Below, piece after piece: positions 22,681 through 24,000 of a stretch of DNA of 24,000 nt. This DNA is from Saccharomonospora marina XMU15 (lineage in GTDB: Bacteria; Actinomycetota; Actinomycetes; Mycobacteriales; Pseudonocardiaceae). The position numbers and the translations under genes are program-made. The notes beneath the pieces were generated by a model. That model did no database searches and had not been told where the DNA came from. It was given only the letters and a program-made list of their open reading frames with translations. Where the stretch lies: positions 4,497,234-4,521,233 of the forward strand of contig NZ_CM001439.1 in assembly GCF_000244955.1 (NCBI RefSeq), in the 5' to 3' direction. Within the stretch, counting starts at the first letter, position 1; the number at the start of each line of letters is the position of its first letter.

Positions 22681-24000
22681 CAGTCAGTCCCTTTCAGTTC
22701 CTCTAGCGATTCGCTGATCATCCCCGCGAGGACGTCCACGTCGGACAGCGCCTTCCTGTCCCCGTTCAATCCGAAGTAGACACTGCCGTGGTAGGAGGTG
22801 ACACCGACCGCGAGCGCCTGGTCACGCGCGAGCGGCACGACCGGATAGATCTCGCTCAATCTCGCCGGGCCTGCGAACAGCGGCTGCTGCGGGCCGGGCG
22901 AGTTGGTGACGAGCACGTTGAAGAGCCTTCCGGAGAACGGACTCGCCGCACGAGCCGCGAGCGCCTGCATGGTGGCGGGCGCGAACCCGCCGACCTTCAA
23001 CATCGCCCGCGCGGCCACCGAACGTTCGGAGTCCAACTGCTCGGCCATGGCGTGTGCGATGTGCTGCAACCGCAACACCGGGCTCGGTTCGCCGACCGGA
23101 AGGTCGATCAGACACGGCTCCACCCGGTTGTTCACCAGCCCGGCAGGCGAGAACTCGGCCGTGTCCGGGTCGAGCACGGCAAGCGGCACAAGTGCCCGCA
23201 CCGTCGCCTCCGAGCCGAGCAGGTCGCCGCGTGAGGCGAGCCACTGCCGTAGCGCGCCGGTGAGCACAGCGAAAATGATGTCGTTCACTGCACAGCCGTG
23301 CCTGGCACGCACGGCCCGGTAGTCGTCGAGGTCGGTCCGCACTCCCGCGAAAACCCGGCCGCCACTGACGTGTGCGTTGAGCGGTCCCGACGGTGGCGGC
23401 CGCAGCACCGAGCGCAGCACCGTGGCGGCTCCTCCCACAGCGGTGAGCGTCTTCTCCGCGGCGTTGGCCAGGTCCCGCACGGCCGAGCGGGCGTTGTCCA
23501 CCACCTCGCCCGGCCGCCGCACGGCCTCCTCGACCGCGTCGAGCACGAGTTGCGTGCGGTTGGGTGGGCGGCGAGCCGTCCAGCTGATGATGTCGTCGCC
23601 GGCCTCCCGCCGTGTCGGCGTGTCGTCGAGGATCAGTTGACCGAGGTCGACGGTGCCGATCCCGTCGATCATCGACTGGTGGGCCTTCGTGACGAGCGCG
23701 ACCCTGCCCGCCGCGAGACCCTCCACGAAGTAGGTCTCCCACAACGGGCGTTCGCGGTCCAGCGGCCGGGCCATGAGCCGTGCCACCAGCTCGAACAACT
23801 GCCTGGCGTCACCCGGCTCCGGCAGCGCGGAGCGACGGACGTGGTAGTTGAGGTCGAAGTCGACGTCGTCGACCCACACCGGTCTGGCGAGGTGGCCGGG
23901 AACCTGCAGCACCCGCTGCCGGTAGCGAGGCAGGTAACCGAGCCGGTGCTCGATGAGCGCGAGCAGTTGCCGGTAGCCGAACCCCGACCGCGGCCGCTCG
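22677..24000 (-). CDS. Wax ester synthase / diacylglycerol O-acyltransferase (WS/DGAT); N-terminus lies beyond the window end
   Basis: ORF 22677..23912 is only the in-window GTG-to-stop part. The frame stays open to 24000 (ERPRSGFGYRQLLALIEHRLGYLPRYRQRVLQVPGHLARPVWVDDVDFDLNYHVRR). The active-site region KAHQSMIDGIG is an HHxxxDG variant, and NDIIFAVLTGALR and FNVLVTNSPGPQQPLF are typical WS/DGAT motifs. Confidence 0.92.
   Translation of the reverse strand, partial: ERPRSGFGYRQLLALIEHRLGYLPRYRQRVLQVPGHLARPVWVDDVDFDLNYHVRRSALPEPGDARQLFELVARLMARPLDRERPLWETYFVEGLAAGRVALVTKAHQSMIDGIGTVDLGQLILDDTPTRREAGDDIISWTARRPPNRTQLVLDAVEEAVRRPGEVVDNARSAVRDLANAAEKTLTAVGGAATVLRSVLRPPPSGPLNAHVSGGRVFAGVRTDLDDYRAVRARHGCAVNDIIFAVLTGALRQWLASRGDLLGSEATVRALVPLAVLDPDTAEFSPAGLVNNRVEPCLIDLPVGEPSPVLRLQHIAHAMAEQLDSERSVAARAMLKVGGFAPATMQALAARAASPFSGRLFNVLVTNSPGPQQPLFAGPARLSEIYPVVPLARDQALAVGVTSYHGSVYFGLNGDRKALSDVDVLAGMISESLEELKGTDW

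Overview
Very GC-rich actinobacterial chromosomal segment; codon usage and homologies look Pseudonocardiaceae- or Mycobacteriales-like, with third codon positions mostly G/C. I call 23 protein-coding genes, two of them truncated by the window edges. I found no rRNA, tRNA, CRISPR array, transposase, integrase or phage genes. The backbone is syntenic, as I recall the gene order, with the Mycobacterium tuberculosis Rv3214-Rv3228 neighbourhood: histidine phosphatase, GNAT, small membrane protein, DAG-kinase-like protein, whiB1, pdtaS, rshA, sigH, SRAP peptidase, rsgA. Interspersed genes encode secreted or accessory enzymes: an S8 protease, a Tat-exported ChoA-type cholesterol oxidase, a 941-aa penicillin-acylase-family Ntn hydrolase and a Met-rich lipoprotein. 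Metabolic genes are also present: malic enzyme, rmlC, pruA and a WS/DGAT. Many ORF-track entries are over-extended at the N-terminus, and many long antisense ORFs are GC artefacts; I re-picked starts from SD sites, -10 boxes, codon bias and homolog alignments done from memory. Signals not explained by the ORF track: (1) an unlisted 24-codon Lys/Arg-rich microgene with a strong SD between pdtaS and rshA, probably ribosomal protein bL37. (2) A perfect GGAAT-N18-GTT SigH/SigR-type promoter upstream of sigH, with an in-frame GTG 9 nt downstream, suggesting long and short sigma isoforms. (3) Two GTGA-N6-TCAC CRP-like sites upstream of whiB1. (4) A recurring leaderless-type geometry (TANNNT 6-7 nt before the start codon) at five genes. 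(5) A nested inverted repeat masking the SD of the protease gene. (6) Two hairpin plus U-run modules in the malic-enzyme leader. I see no convincing evidence for a new multi-gene system such as defence, toxin-antitoxin or a biosynthetic cluster. The most novel candidates are the three-part BpsA-like protein, the translationally coupled SRAP/alpha-beta-hydrolase pair and the Met-rich lipoprotein, and all three are hypotheses.
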